Shown piece after piece: positions 13,201 through 26,710 of a stretch of 64,000 nt of DNA. The notes under the pieces are model-generated. The model ran no database searches. It was not told the DNA's origin and saw only the letters and a list, made by a program, of their open reading frames with translations. The translations under genes were made by a program, and so were the position numbers. Origin of the DNA: Mustelus asterias (lineage: Eukaryota); NCBI RefSeq assembly GCF_964213995.1, contig NC_135830.1, positions 17,050,001 to 17,114,000 of the forward strand, given 5' to 3'. Position 1 is the first letter of the stretch; every line of letters begins with the position of its first letter.

Positions 13201-14156
13201 CATCTTTCTTTAGTTTCTCTCTGTCAAGCAGTTGATTTAGGAACCTATATTTGTATTGTTGGATATTAGAAATAAGATATACATTTAAGTGAGTTTAATT
13301 TGGTGTTTCTGTGCACAGAAGGGTTAAAACTTTCATAGGTTAATGTTAAATAAAGGTGTTTGCATGTATGGGGTTTTGGTTTCATTTCAAACTGTGCCTG
13401 TATTGTGTTCAGAGAGTTTACAATGTGAAAACACACATAAGGAAAGACTAGGTAAGGAAAGACTTGACAACCAGTGGCCATTTTGGGTCAGAAATAATTT
13501 TTGAGTTAGCTGAAGAGGAAACTGCCAGAACCATTAGGCAGAACAATGGAGTAAGGGCAAGAAAGAAAGTCCCAGAAGTTGGAGAACAGATAGTTCTAGA
13601 AACCAGGGAATGAAAAAAGTCTGAGGAAAACTGAAGTCAAAGGGAATCTGAACAAGATACTGTTCCCTGAAATTAAAGAAAGGGGGAGAGAGAGACTTCC
13701 AGTTAAAGGCAACACACATGGTGAAGTTGGCTGGCAAAAAGCCAGAATCTGAAGTAATCCTAAGGTTGGGACTTTGGTACCACCTGTGAAACAGTGGTGT
13801 TCTGTTGATATGGCTGGGTACCTGAGAGATTGTGTGGAAGCTTGAGTGCATGTGATAATCTGAGGCAGAAGAATAGTGAAAGGCGAGATTGAAATCCTGG
13901 AAGTGGATCCTTGCTGAAAAGATCTGAGAGAGTGCGTTGTTTGGGAGAACATTTTTGAGAGTGGATCTGATTGATGAAAATTTCTGTGCACCAATTTCAA
14001 TGACAATGTTGTAATTTGTAATTTTACACATGACAGAATCTCAGTGTGATTACTCAGCATCAGGTTATACTCTGACCGGCGCAGTGCAAATGGTGGAACT
14101 TACTGATCAAGAACCGGTCAGAGATTACATTGAATCACAGAGAATTCTCTCATTCT

Positions 14157-14470
14157 TGGGCGACACGGTGACACAGTGGTTAGCGCTGCTGACTCACAAT
14201 GCCAGGGTCTTGGGTTCGAATCCCGGCTTGGGTCACTGTCTGTGTGGAGTTTGCACATTCTCCCCGTGTCCGCATAGGTTTGCTCCGGTTTCCTTCCACA
14301 GTCCAAAGATGTGTGGGTTAGGTGGATTGGCTATGCTAAATTGCCCTGAGTGTCAGGGGGGCTAGCTAGGGTAAATGCACGAGGTTATGGGGAGAGGGCC
14401 TGGGTGGGATTGTGGTGGGTGCAGACTCAATGGGCCGAATGGCCTCCTTCGACACTATAGGGATTCTATG
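14157..14470 (+). mobile_element. Full-length HE1-like SINE with CR1-type tail
   Basis: A/B-box head (GGTTCGAATCCC), conserved core and GGGCCGAATGGCCTCC...ATTCTATG tail. Confidence 0.85.
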
Positions 14471-14674
14471 AATATCCAGACCAGAAAGACATTGTTCGGT
14501 TTAACTGGTCTGTGCTGGTGTTTATATTTCACACAAGACACCTCCCATTCCATCTCCCTCATTTCAGCCTTCCAGCTCATCTTTCTAATCTCCTTTCCCT
14601 CATGTACTCATCACATTTCCTTTTTAAACGATGAGTTGTCCAGCTAGTTCCTGTGGCAGTGAATTTCACATTGT

Positions 14675-15030
14675 AATCAATCTCTGAGTAAAGATGGTGA
14701 GTGACTTGGAGGGGAACGTGCAGGTGATGATGTTCCCATGCATTTGCTGCCCTTCTCCAAGGTGCTAGAGGTTGCGGGTTTGCAAGATGCTGACAAAGAA
14801 GCCTTGGTGAGTGCTTGCAGTGCACCTTGTAGGTGGTACACACCTCCAGCTGCCACGTGAGTCAGTGTTGGAGGGAGTACATGTTTGTCGAAGGATGCCA
14901 ATCAAGCTGCTGTGTCTTGGATGGTGTTGAGCTTCCCGAGTTGTTGGAGCTGCACTAATTCAGAAAATTGGAGCTTATTCAATTAGACACAAGAGTTGTG
15001 CCTTGTAGATGCTGGCCTTTGGGGAGAAGG
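14675..15030 (-). mobile_element. Old LINE 3' fragment, clade undetermined
   Basis: Degenerate ORF-end-like sequence (CTTYKVHCKHSPRLLCQHL.NPQPL), recognised by pattern only. Confidence 0.5.
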
Positions 15031-15439
15031 ATTAGACACACCTTTTAATGGAAAATTTACCTGATCTGGTCCAGACACCACGAGGAGTTGGAAATGGGAT
15101 GTGTTATGATTCTCAATTGAAACCCTACCCAACCGAAAAGCTGAACATTGAAGAGTTGAACACGGAGGGAGGGATGTCTGTTAGTGTTCTTCAGCAGTGG
15201 AAGTGGGGATCAGGGATTATGTTGGAAGAACAGGAGTGATGGTGAAATGAGTCAGCAAATAGGGAACGGTTATTTAACCAGCAGCTCAGGTTACTGAAGC
15301 CTGAATATTGTGGGAGAGAAAAGGCGAGAGTGCTGCAGAGTTTAAAGTGGAACAGGAGAGTTTTAAGCTGGTGGAGTCAGTGAAATCTGAGTCTCGTTTT
15401 TGTCTGCTGTCATTTCATAGAGGCCCCGGTTTGCTGAAA

Positions 15440-15590
15440 CCAATAGAGAAAACGCTGGAAAATCTCAGCAGGTCTAGCAGCATCTGTAAGGTAAGAAAAG
15501 AGCTGATGTTTCGAGTCTGGATGACCCTTTGACAAACCTTTTTCTGTTTTGGTTTCAGATTCCAGCATCCGCAGTAATTTGCTTTTATCC
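15440..15590. mobile_element. Short Penelope-derived element with inverted arms
   Basis: GCTGGAAAATCTCAGCAGGTCT... plus a degenerate hammerhead remnant (reverse complement AAGGGTCATCCAGACTCGAAAC). Similar elements at 54830-55000 and 59050-59120. Confidence 0.5.
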
Positions 15591-15974
15591 CATTTTGCTG
15601 AAACTCTTTATTTCCACAGTTACAGAATCAGTGAAAAGACGTTACACATTCTTCACAGCAGCATCAAACTCGCACTGACTGTTTCCTCACTCACCTCGAG
15701 GTTATCGATTCGCCTCCGGCCTCTTCGGTTCACTCCTGCTTCGGGTGTGGTCTCAGAATGGGGAGGGGGAGGATTAGTGACCACCTCCCCGCACCCCCCT
15801 CCCCACACAAACACACACAAAGAGGAACGACTCAAACACAATCATTAAATAAAGCGAACATACACACACACACACACACCAAACATGTATGTGCTCGCAC
15901 ACAGGTACACACACACACATGAACTGAAATGCGTGTACACCCACACAGACACAAGCGTGGCTGCTCACAGACAA

Positions 15975-16622
15975 AGTCGTAGAATTCCTACAGTGCAGAA
16001 GAGACCATTCAGCCCTTTGAGTCTGCACTGACTCTCTGACAGAGCATCTTACCCAGGCCCTCTTCCCGTTACCCCATACTAATCACTCTGATCTACATAT
16101 TTTGTGACATAAAGCAGCACTTTAGCATGGTCAATCCACCTAACCAGCACATTTTGAAGTTTGGGAGGAAACCAGAGCCTCCGGAGGAAACCCATGCAGA
16201 CACGGGGAGAACATGCCAACTCCACACAGACACAGGGGCGGCACAATGGGGAGCACTGCTGCCTCACAGCACCAGGGACCTGAGTTCAAATCAAGCCTCA
16301 GGTTGTGTGAAGTTGGTGCATTCTCCCCGTGTCTGTGAGGGTTTCCTCCAGTTGCTCCGGTTTCCACCCACACTCCAAAGACGTGCGTTTGAGGTGGATT
16401 GGCCGTGCTAAATTGCCCCTTAGTGTCGGGGATATTATCAGTGTAAATACGTGGGGTTATGGGGATAGGGCCTGGGTGGGGTTGTTGTTGGTGCAGGCTC
16501 GGTGGGCCGATTGGTCTCTTTCTGCACTGTCGGGATTCTATGATTTATCCAAGGCTGGGATCGAACCCAGGGCCCTGGCGCTGTGAGGCAGCAGTGCTAA
16601 CCACCGTGCCACCATGCTGCCC
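15975..16622. mobile_element. Nested HE1-like SINEs: a + copy (16235-16545) inside a - copy (15975-16232 plus 16548-16622)
   Basis: Head, core and tail motifs on both strands. Confidence 0.8.
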
Positions 16623-16844
16623 AGGTGGGCACACAGACAGCTGCACACACTACACTGTCAATCACCTGCCTCCAGCTGTCAGTGCTGAGGAAGTGAAACC
16701 AAGCTCCCCCCCTCCTCACTCACTGCTGTGTCAGGTGGATAGTAAAATCCCACGGCCACTACTGGATGGAGCGAAGGAGAGCTCCCGCTGGTTTCAGAGG
16801 GTCGATCTTTATCCTTCAAACAGCCTAACATTTGGTGGTTATCC

Positions 16845-16990
16845 GACAGTTTGTGGGATCTGCTGTGTGCAGTGCCTGCCGGGTTTCCCAGGTGAACAGC
16901 AGTGACTGTGTTTCGGAAACAGGAAGCTGCTGTGTTGATTCAGAGTGCTCTGGAACAGCCCAGAACAAGCACAGGAGCTAAATCATTCCC
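16845..16990 (+). mobile_element. Decayed DeuSINE-like (SacSINE1/AmnSINE1-type) 3' region
   Basis: GTTTGTGGGATC-TGCTGTG...TGCC...TTTCC...ACAGCAGTGACT resembles the DeuSINE 3' part as recalled; not aligned. Confidence 0.4.
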
Positions 16991-17540
16991 TCCTTTCGAT
17001 GTTCCCTCCTGCCGTTCTGTAGGAAGAGATGGTGACTGCACAGCAAGATCCCACAAGTCACGATGCAACACACAGCCAGGGAACTTAATTTCAGAGACGG
17101 TTTGAGGGACCCCTGGGAGAACCTGTTACAGCAGCTTGAATCTCAGGAACAGGTTACACAAATCTGTGACCTTCTGACCTGGGTGAGAGAGAGAATGAGA
17201 GGCACCAGGATAAGCCTGGAATGACTGATCAAGGAACCTCCAGTCCCATCGTCAACTCCAACAGGTCCCTTATCCGAGGCTCAGCAAAGGGGGTCAACAT
17301 GATAAACAACTGAATCCCCAGTGAAAAAATACACAGTCCCTGCTGTCAATATCTCCGGCCATTCCACATCGGTCACAGGTACACGGGCCAACGTCTGTCT
17401 GTGTGTGCGTGGGGGGCAGTGATGGGAGGGCATGTTACCTACAGAAAGCCTGGTCTCAGGTTAGCCAGACGGCAGGTTATATCCAGTGTCGATCGTCCTC
17501 GGGCCGTGTCTCAGTGAGCGATAGGAGGAGAGTGGGACTA

Positions 17541-20500
17541 TCACAGGACCAGGCCCCCGCCTGTGTACTCCACTCTCTGTGTGAAAGGAGAAGGTGGTAA
17601 GAATCGGAGTGGGAATAGCTTCTGTCGAGCCTGCTCCACTATTCATCATCAACCTCATCTCCACTTTCCCTGCCCTCCTCCCATCCCTCAATTCCCAAAG
17701 ATATCCCCACTTTCCCCGCACTCCTCCCCATCCCTCAATTCCCAAAGATTTCCCCATTTTCCCCGCAGTCTTCCCTCATCCTCCAATTCCCAAAGATATC
17801 CCCACTTTTCCCGCAGTCTTCCCTCATCCTCCAATTCCCAAAGATATCCCACTTTCCCTGCTCTCCTCCACATCCCTCAATTCCCAAAGATATCTCCACT
17901 TTCCGCACACTCCTCCCCATCCCTCAATTCCCAAAGATATCTCCACTTTCCGCACACTCCTCCTCATCCCTCAATTCCCAAAGATATCTTCACTTTCCGC
18001 ACACTCTTCCCCATAGATATCCCCACTTGCCCCGCACTCCTCCCCATTCTTCAATTCCCAAAGATATCTCCACTTTACCCAGTCTTCCCCATCCCTCAAT
18101 TCCCAAAGATATCCCCACTTTCCCCCCACTCTTCCTTCTATCCCTCAATTCCCAAAGATATCCCGACTTTCCCCACACTCTTCCTTCTATCTCTCAATTC
18201 CCAAGGATATCCCCACTTTCACTGCACTCCTCCCCCGTCCCTCATTTGTTTTTGTTCAATTGTGGGATATGGGCGTCTCTGACTGGCCAGCATTTATTGC
18301 CCATCCCGAGTTGCCCAAGGGCTGTTGAGAGTCAACCACGTTGCTGTGGCTCTGGAGTCACATGTAGGCCAGACCAGATAAGGGCGGCAGATTTCCTGTG
18401 GTTGACTCTCAACTGCCCTTCAAGAGCAACTAGGGATGGACAATAAATGCTGACCAGCCAATGATGCCCATGTCCCACGAATGAATAAAAAGAATTGGGC
18501 CCAATCTACTCAACCTCTCAGGCTCCACAGCCCTAAATGGTTTCCTCTTCCTATTTTCCTGGCTCCCCCTCACATACAGAGTGCGGATCTCACCTGGGGC
18601 AGCTGGATGAATGCCAGCCAGTCAGAGGCATGTGTGGGCAGCAGCCCCATTGCCTGGCACTTGTAGATGGCCAGGGCCAACCCCAGCAGGTTGCCGATGA
18701 AGTAGATGAGACACTGCAGCCAGTGCTGATTCGAATTCCCCAGGACCCTAAAGACTGAGAGCGAGAATGGAAAAGCAGGAAGTTCAGGAACATGTGAGAA
18801 CCTTTCCTCATAACACAGCCCATCCATTTTTGGTATTAGTCTGGTAAACCGTCTCTGAACTGTCTCCAGCATACTTGCACACTTCCTTAAATAAGGTGAC
18901 CAATACTGCACACAGTACTCCAGATGTGGTCTCACTAGTGACCTGTACAACTGAAGCATAACCTCCCTAGTTCTGTATTTAATTCCCATTACAATGAATG
19001 ATAACATTCTATTAGTTTTCCTAATTACTTGCTGTACCTGCATATTAGCCTTTTGTGATTTATGCACTCGGACACCCAGATCTTGATCAATTGGGCCAGT
19101 GGGCTGACGAATGGCAGATGGAGTTTAATTTAGACAAATGCGAGGTGATGCATTTTGGTAGATTGAACCAAGGCAGGACTTACTCAGTTAATGATAGGGC
19201 GTTGGGGAGTTACAGAACAAAAAGATCTAGGGGTACAGGTTCATAGCTCCTTGAAAGTGGAGTCACAGTTGGACAGAGTGGTGAAGAAGGCATTTGGCAT
19301 GCTTGGTTTCATCGGTCAGAACATTGAATACAGGAGTTGGAATGTCTTGTTGAAGTTGTACAAGACATTGGTAAGGCCACACTTGGAATACTGTGTGCAG
19401 TTCTGGACACCCTATTATAGAAAGGATATTATTAAACTAGAAAGAGTGCAGAAAAGATTGGCTAGGATGCGACCGGGACTTGATGGATTGAGTTATAAGG
19501 AGAGGCTGGATGGACTGGGACGTTTTTCTCTGGAGCGTAGGAGGCTGAGGAATGATCTTATAGAGGCCTATAAAATAATGAGGGGCACCTTTTCCCAAAG
19601 GTAGGGGAGTCTAAAACTAGAGGGCATAGGTTAAGGTGAGAGGGGAGAGATACAAAAGTGTCCAGAGGGGCAATTGTTTCACACAGAGGGTGGTGAGTGT
19701 CTGGAACAAGCTGCCAGACGTAGTAGTAGAGGCAGGTACAATTTTGTCTTTTAAAAAGCATTTAGACAGTTACATGGGTACGATGGGTTTAGAGGGATAT
19801 GGGCCAAATGCAGGCAATTGGGATTAGCTTAGGTGTTTTAAAAAAGAAAGGGCGGTGAGGACAAGTTGGGCCGAAGGGCCTGTTTCCCTGCTGTAAACCT
19901 TTATGACTCTCTGACTCAATCCCTCTGAATCTCTGAGCTCTGCAATCTCTCACCATTTAGACAAAATGCTTCTTTTTCATTCTTCCTGCCGAAATGGACA
20001 ATCTCACATTTGCCCACATTCTACTCCATTTGCCAGATATTTGCCCTCTCACTGAACCTTTCTGTCTTTCTGTACTCTCGGTATGTCCTCTTCACAACTT
20101 ACTTTCCCACCTATCTGTGTGTCATCGGCAAATTTGCCAAACATCCCTTCATCCAGTCATTCATATAAATTTCATTCCTTGCCCCAAATTTGATTCCTTT
20201 TCCACTATTTAGTTTAAAACCATCTCTAGTTTCCTAGTTATGGGGTTCGCAAGAACACCGGCCCCAGCACAGTTCAGATGTAGACTGTCCCAATGGTACA
20301 GATCTCACTTTACCCAGTACTGATGTCAGTGTCCCATGAACCAGAACCCACCTCCCACACCAGTTAGGGCGGCACAGTGGCACAGTGGTTAGTACCGCTG
20401 CCTCACAACACCAGGGACTCGGTTCTATACTGGCTTAGAATCCCTACAATTCAGGAGGCCATTCAGCCCATCGCTTCTGCACCGACCATAATCCCACCCA

Positions 20501-23315
20501 GGCCCTATCCCTGTAACACAACGTATTTACTCTGTTAGTCCCCCTGACATATGAGACAACTTACCATAACCAATCAATTTAACCCGCACATCTTTGAACT
20601 GTGGGAGGAAACCGGAGGACCCGGAGATAGACAGAGAACATGAAAACTCCACACACACAGTCACTCGAGGCCGGAATTGAACCTGGGTCCCTGGCGCTGT
20701 GAGGCACCAGTGCTAACCACTGTGCCACCGTGCCGCCCCTTGGGTCACTATCTGTGCAGAGTTTGCACATTCATCCTGTATCTGTGTGGGTTTTCTCCGG
20801 GTGCTCGGGTTTTCTCCCAGTCTGAAAGATGTGCTGGTTAGGTGCACTGGCCACGCTAAATTCTCCCTCAGTGTACCCGAACATGTACTGGAGTGTGGCG
20901 ACTCGGGGATTCTCACAGTAACTTCATTGCAGTGTTAACGTAAGCCTACTTGTGACACTAATAAATAAACTTTAACGCAGCCTTTCAGTCACGCATTCAT
21001 CCCTCCGATCTGATCTGTCCTATACCTATTAGCATGTGGCTCAGGTAATAATTCAGAGATTATAACCATTGAGGTTCTGCTTCTTAATTTAGTGCTTAGG
21101 TCCTCATATCGACACTGAAAACCTCCTTCTTTATCTCTGTTGTTCATACCTACATTGACGAGGACAACTGGAACCTTCCCCTCCCCACTGAAATTTCTTC
21201 TCCAGCCCTGATCAGATGTCCTGAACACTGGCCCCAGACAGGCACCACAGCTGCCTTGATTCACATTCTTTGCTGCAGAGAATGAGCCAATCCCTCTGAC
21301 TATACTGTCCCCCATTATCACTGCATTCCTTTTTGCTCCCCTCACTACAATGGCTTCCTGTACCACAGTGCCATGGGTAATTGGCTCATCCATCCTGCAG
21401 CTCCCATTCATCCAAACAAGCTGAAAATACCTCAAACTGGCTGGACAATGGTAAAGGCTAAGGCTCCTGTCTGTGAGTTCCCTTATCTGTCTCACTCTCC
21501 TGTTCCTGACCACTGGCCAAATCAGCAGACCCTGTGCCAAGAGGTGTGACTGCTCCCTGATACAAAGAATCCAGGTAACTTTCCCCCTCCCTGATGCATT
21601 GCAGTGTCTGTAGTTCAGCTTCCAGCTCATAAACTCTGAACCAGAGCTGCTCGAACTTCACTTACTGCAGACATGGTTGCCCTGGATCAAACTGACAGCC
21701 AGGAGCTCCCACACGCGGCAGCTGTGACACATCACCTGTCCTCCCATCTTTAATGTGTGCGAATAAACTATTTAATTATTTTATCCAATTACATATTTTA
21801 TTTTTGTTTTCAAGTATGTTAGTTTTTAAGTATTTTATTAACCTTACCACCAGTTGCTGTACTATTTTAATCCTTAGGAATAGAATAAACCTGAGTCACT
21901 TAGCAGATCCTCACCAAAAATCTAGCTTCTTCTCCTGTAGAAGAGTAAGATCACTTCCTGACGGCTGAGAAAGTTAGAAAGCAAAACAGCACCTCTTTCC
22001 CTTTCTTCTCTAACTCCCTTAATTACCCAACTCCCAGAACTCTATTCTAAGCTGCATTCAAGTGATGCCGGTTCAGAGCAGTTCCTGAGCTGAAGATTCA
22101 ATACAATACTCACTTGCTGACATGGACATGAAGGCCTGTATAGGTCTCCAGGCCATCATGCACACCATCATGATAGGGAGGATGGAGATGGTGTTGCCAG
22201 CCATGTACATGATGAACAGATTCATGGGCAGCTGTTTCAATGGGCCCAAGGCGATGTCCCAGCAGCGCTGAAACAGAAAGTGAGCAGGGTATCAGTGAAG
22301 GGGGCCGGTTAGGGGAGGCCATATACTGATCTTATATCCAGGCCTGGAAGTAAGCATGATGATTAACCCTTTATCACACAGGCTGCTGTGGTTCACCAAG
22401 GTACTTCACCACCGTGGACAAACCAGGGGCGTTGTCAGCCACACACTAAAGACACATTCAAATCCAACTTACTTTCTCAACCAGGATCCGGTCTGTTTCT
22501 TGGACGCAGATGTCCGGTAGCTGTTTGTCCGAATATGCAACTGGGTACATGGAGTCTCTCTGGCCACACTTTTGATCATGGCTCCTATGAGAAACAGAAA
22601 ACACAAATTTGTCACCCTTTCAAGACCTTGTTTAAAGAGGGAGTCTCTCTGTTGAGGACCCAACGTGGTGGCAATAGTGCCAGCATGAACTAAAGCTTGG
22701 GCAAACATCGAACACAGATTGCCGTTGTGTCCACTGAATTGCCATGGGAATGTTGGATGGCAGAAGTGGATTAGTGTCAATTGATAATCAGGGTGCCAAT
22801 CCGCTTACCCTCCATTTCGGGACAAAGCAAAAAATCACCTAATATACCAAATTGTATCTTGAAAACAAACACTGCGGGACATTGAGAGAGATCCAGTTCA
22901 GCACCGGGTCCTGGAAACGAGCAATCGTTCCTCCAACCACCACCGCAGTTGGCACCTGATCAGGTGGAGGGGCTGAAACCAAAAGGGCATCTCAGGGTCA
23001 TGACCTGGGGAAAAGATGCCAAGTGGGGTCTGAGTGGTTTCTGGAGGATTTGAGGGGCTGCTTTGTGCTGAGGAGCTCGGTGAGGGGTAAAAGAGGCGTG
23101 AAAAACCCGGGGTTGGGAAGTTTTGGGTTGGTGCCACATCCCCGGGTCAGTGTGCGGTGGCCTCCACTCGGGAGAGACGGGCTGACCCGGCTTGCCTCCT
23201 ACTCGAGCCCCCGGCTTCCCGCGCGGCCTCCGCACCTGCTGCTGCCACTCAGGTTAAGCTCGAGGGTCCACTTGTGCCAGCGCGCGCGCTTGACAAGCCC
23301 CGCCCCTGCCGCCAT
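17541..23315 (-). CDS. EMC4: ER membrane protein complex subunit 4 (180 aa); coding exons 23315-23236, 22584-22473, 22267-22114, 18754-18594, 17576-17541
   Basis: Spliced translation [20 protein letters not shown]...[12 protein letters not shown]...ETDRILVEK|[29 protein letters not shown]...[20 protein letters not shown]...[11 protein letters not shown]. All introns are GT-AG. Exon lengths 80+112+154+161+36 = 543 nt, in frame. Confidence 0.95.
17660..18235. repeat. Minisatellite (~47-bp unit containing CTCAATTCCCAAAGATATCCCCACTTTCC) in EMC4 intron 4
   Basis: About 12 diverged tandem units. Confidence 0.9.
18800..20160. mobile_element. Nested CR1 fragments: a + copy (about 19080-19915) inside a - copy
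   Basis: ORFs 19055..19246, 19191..19604 and 19636..19827 (+), and the RT part of 18570..19067 (-). Confidence 0.85.
20366..20975. mobile_element. Nested SINEs: a - copy (about 20435-20739) inside a + copy
   Basis: The + head at 20366-20434 resumes at 20740 (TGGGTCACT...) and ends with GACACTAATAAATAAACTTT. Confidence 0.8.
20989..21720 (-). mobile_element. CR1-type LINE ORF1 relic with an SGNH-esterase-like domain
   Basis: [15 protein letters not shown] coiled coil, [10 protein letters not shown] and VLVNVGMN motifs. Confidence 0.7.
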
Positions 23316-23500
23316 GACAACGCCGCCGACCGTTAACCGTCCCCCCTTTCAAATCTGATTCAGATCAAGAGAAGAAGCCGCGCGCTTCCGTCAACATAAA
23401 CTCCCGCTGCAATGCGCATGTGCAAGCCCAGCCGCCTCATCGTTCTGCGTGCACCGCCCAAAGCCCCGCCCCCACATCGTCGTCATCTTTTTTAGGGGCA
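23150..23500 (-). promoter_or_regulatory. EMC4 CpG-island promoter
   Basis: CpG-rich around exon 1. TGCGCATGTGC (NRF1-like), CCCCGCCCC (Sp1) and CTTCCG (ETS). Confidence 0.7.
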
Positions 23501-24039
23501 CATCTGTTCCGACCCTTCAGATGGACATCACTTAATGTCAGAGATATTTGCAATATTGAGTCCAGATGACCCTTTATCAAAGCAAAAAGAAATAGAAAGT
23601 GGGAGATATTTATACTGCAGGGTGAGGAAATGAAAGATGAGCCATAGCCACAGAAACCAGGGGAAAAGACTGCTAATGGCTGCCCACATTCTGTGCACAA
23701 CCATTATAGCACCAGGGACTCAGGTTCGTTTCCTGGCTTGGGTGACTGTGCGGAGTCTGCGCGTTCTCCAGGTGCTCCTGGAGAACATGCTCCTCTTTTT
23801 CTTCTCATGAAATTCCAGTATTTCCGATTGCCCTGAATGAATTTTGAGGCCCAGGTCAGAGCGAATAAATAAAAGCAAAAAACTGGATGCTGAAATCTGA
23901 TACAAAAACTGAAAATGAACCACTGTGGTAAATGCATCATTCTCAATCTATTTTACCAGGTATTTATTTAATTATTCAACATTTAACATCAATACATTTA
24001 TTTATTATGCATCTCCTCATTCTGAATTGAATATTCAGA

Positions 24040-25997
24040 GAGTTCATAAAAGAGAGCAAGGCGATGATAGGGATCTAAATGAGTCTACGGCTTGTGGGAA
24101 GGGACTTAAGAAAGAAATTAGGAGAGCCAGAAGGGGTCCCGAGAAGGCCTTGGCAGGTAAGATTAAGGAGAACCCTAAGGTGTTCTATAAATATGTGAAG
24201 AGTAAAAGGATGAGATGTGAAGGAATAGGACCAATAAAATGTGAAGGTGAGAAAGTGTACAGAACCGGAAGAAATGGCAGAGGTGCTCAATGAATATTTT
24301 ACCTCGGTATTCACGGTGGAAAAAGACCTGGGTGATTGTCCTACAGGATTGAGGTGGACTGAAAAGATTGAGTATGTGGACATTAAGAAAGAGGATGTGT
24401 TGGAAACTTTGAATAGCATCAAGATAGATAAGTCACCGGGACCGGGTGGGATGTATCCCAGGTTACTGTGGGAGGCGTGGGAAGAGATTGCAGAGCCTCT
24501 GGTGATGATCTTTGCGTCGTTGATGGAGATGGGAAAGGTTCCAGAGGATTGGAGGATTGCGGATGTGGTTCCTAAATTCAAGAAAGGGAATAGGGATAGC
24601 CCAGGAAATTACCGACCGGTGAGTCTAACCTCAGTGGTTGGTAAGTTGATGCAGAAGGTCCTGAGGGACAGGATTTATGAACATTTAGAGAAGTTTAGTC
24701 TGCTCAAAAGTAGTCAGTACAGCTTTGTCAATGGCAAATCATGCCTTACGAGCCTGGTGGAGTTCTTTGAAAATGTGACTAAACACATTGACAAAGGAAA
24801 AGCGGTAGATGTAGTTTACATGGACTTCAGCAGGGCGTTCAATAAGGTCCCCCATGCAAGACTTCTCGAGAAAGTGAGAGGGCACGGGATCCAAGGGGCT
24901 GTTGCCTTGTGGATCCAGAACTGGCTTGCCTGCAGAAGGCAGAGAGGGGTTGTAGATGGAACTTTTTCTGAATGGAGGTCAGTCACCAGTGGAGTGCCCC
25001 AGGGATCTGTTCTGGGACCCTTGCTGTTTGTCATTTTCATAAATGACCTGGATGAGGAAGTGGAGGGATGGGTTGGTAAGGTTGCCGATGACCCGAAGGT
25101 TGGTGGTGTTGTGGATAGTTTGGAGGGATGTTAGAAGCTGCAGCGTGACATAGATAGGATGCAAGACTGGGCGGAGAAGTGGCAGATGGACTTCAACACG
25201 GATAAATGTGTAGTGGTCCATTTTGACAAGTAAAATGGGATGAAGGAGTATAATATCAAGGGTAAGACTCTTAGCAGTGTAGAGGATCAGAAGGACCTTG
25301 GGGTCCGGGTCCATAGGACTCTTAAATCGGCCTCGCAGGTAGAGGAGGTGGTTAAGAAGGCGTATGGTCTGCTGACCTTCATCAATTGAGGGATTGAGTT
25401 TAGGAGTCGGGAGATGATGATGCAGCTTTATAAGACCCTCGTCAGACCCCACTTAGAGTACTGTGCTCAGTTCTGGTCGCGTCATTACTGGAGGGATGTG
25501 GAAATTATTGAAAGGGTGCAGAGAAGATTTACAAGGATGTTGCCTGGATTGGTTGGCATGCCTTTTGAGGATAGGTTGAGGGAGCTCGGTCTTTTCTCCT
25601 TGGAGAGACGAAGGATGAGAGGTGACCTGATAGAGGTGTACAAGATGTTGAGAGGTATAGATTGGGTGGATTCTCGGAAGCTTTTTCCCAGGGCTGAAAT
25701 GGCTGCTACAAGAGGACACAGGTTTACGGTGCTGGGGAGTAGGTACAGAGGAGAGGTCAGGGGTAAGTTTTTCACTCAGCGGGTGGTGGGTGAGTGGAAT
25801 CGGCTGCCGTCAGTGGTGGTGGAGGCAAACTCGATAGGGTATTTTAAGAGACTTCTGGATGAGTACATGGGACTTACTGGGATTGAGGGTTATAGGTAAG
25901 CCTATATACAGGCCTAGGTAGGTAGGGACATGGCCGGCACAACTTGTGGGCCGAAGGGCCTGTGGGTGCTGTATTTTTTCGATGTTCTCTGTTCTAT
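24040..25997 (+). mobile_element. CR1 LINE, 5'-truncated and degraded ORF2, inserted into a tRNA-Val repeat unit
   Basis: ORFs 24241..25134 and 25414..25899 with RT motifs; CR1-type tail. Confidence 0.9.
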
Positions 25998-26637
25998 CTC
26001 TGACATATGCAGCATTGAATTGCAAATATGACTGACCAACAAAACAGATCGAGTCACCGGTTAATGCACATCCCATGATGCTTATTTGAGATTGACCACA
26101 GTCAGTTTATGAACAAAATCAAATATCTTTAATGGGAAGAGATTTAAGAATGATCAGTTAGTTTATTCTGGGTGTGAATCATTCTGGCGCCTCAATCCCA
26201 TTCATCTCTAGGAAAGTCCAATCGATCCGTTCTGAGCTTCGATTTCCTCATCAGCATGAATAGTTTTCCCCATATCTTTATTATGAAAACCGATTTTAAA
26301 AAGATGTTTCTGTGCAATGTGCACCACTTCCTCTAGTTCAGTTACAGTATCACTTGTGTCTGTCTTCATGAGCACACACTACTATTAGACATGTTTCAGA
26401 TGGTGATTAACAACGTTGGTCTACATCTATAAACCCATGGATCGAACAAGTTGCTAATATATGCACGGTGTCAAAATACAAACATTTCTTTCCTGCAACT
26501 GCATCTAAAAATGCAGCATTTCTGATTTTCCTGAAAGCATTTGAGACCGAGGTCAAAACAAACATAATATGGCAACATCGAGAATTGGATAATGTTCAGC
26601 AAATAACCAAAATCATGCATACTTCCTTCAACGATAA

Positions 26638-26710
26638 AGTTTCTGTCTGGTTTTGAACCAGGGACTTCTCACGCGTTAGGCAAACATGATAACCACTCCA
26701 CTACAGAAAC
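26638..26710 (-). tRNA. tRNA-Val(AAC) pseudogene
   Basis: Reverse complement GTTTCTGTAGTGGAGTGGTTATCATGTTTGCCTAACGCGTGAGAAGTCCCTGGTTCAAAACCAGACAGAAACT; multiple stem-disrupting changes. Confidence 0.75.

Noticed and set aside
12170-14110. Possible LTR fragments at about 12170-12610 and 13220-14110
   Set aside because: Composition is suggestive, but I could not define TG...CA termini or a TSD.
15650-15760. Possible - strand exon ending in CGAG|GTGAGT
   Set aside because: A donor-like motif in a small CpG patch only; no linked downstream exon identified.
17563-18282. 239-aa Pro-rich ORF and overlapping ORFs
   Set aside because: Translation of the intronic minisatellite.
18570-19067. ORF fusing CR1 RT to EMC4 C-terminal sequence
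   Set aside because: Chance read-through from an intronic CR1 across the exon-4 acceptor at 18755; normal splicing explains EMC4.
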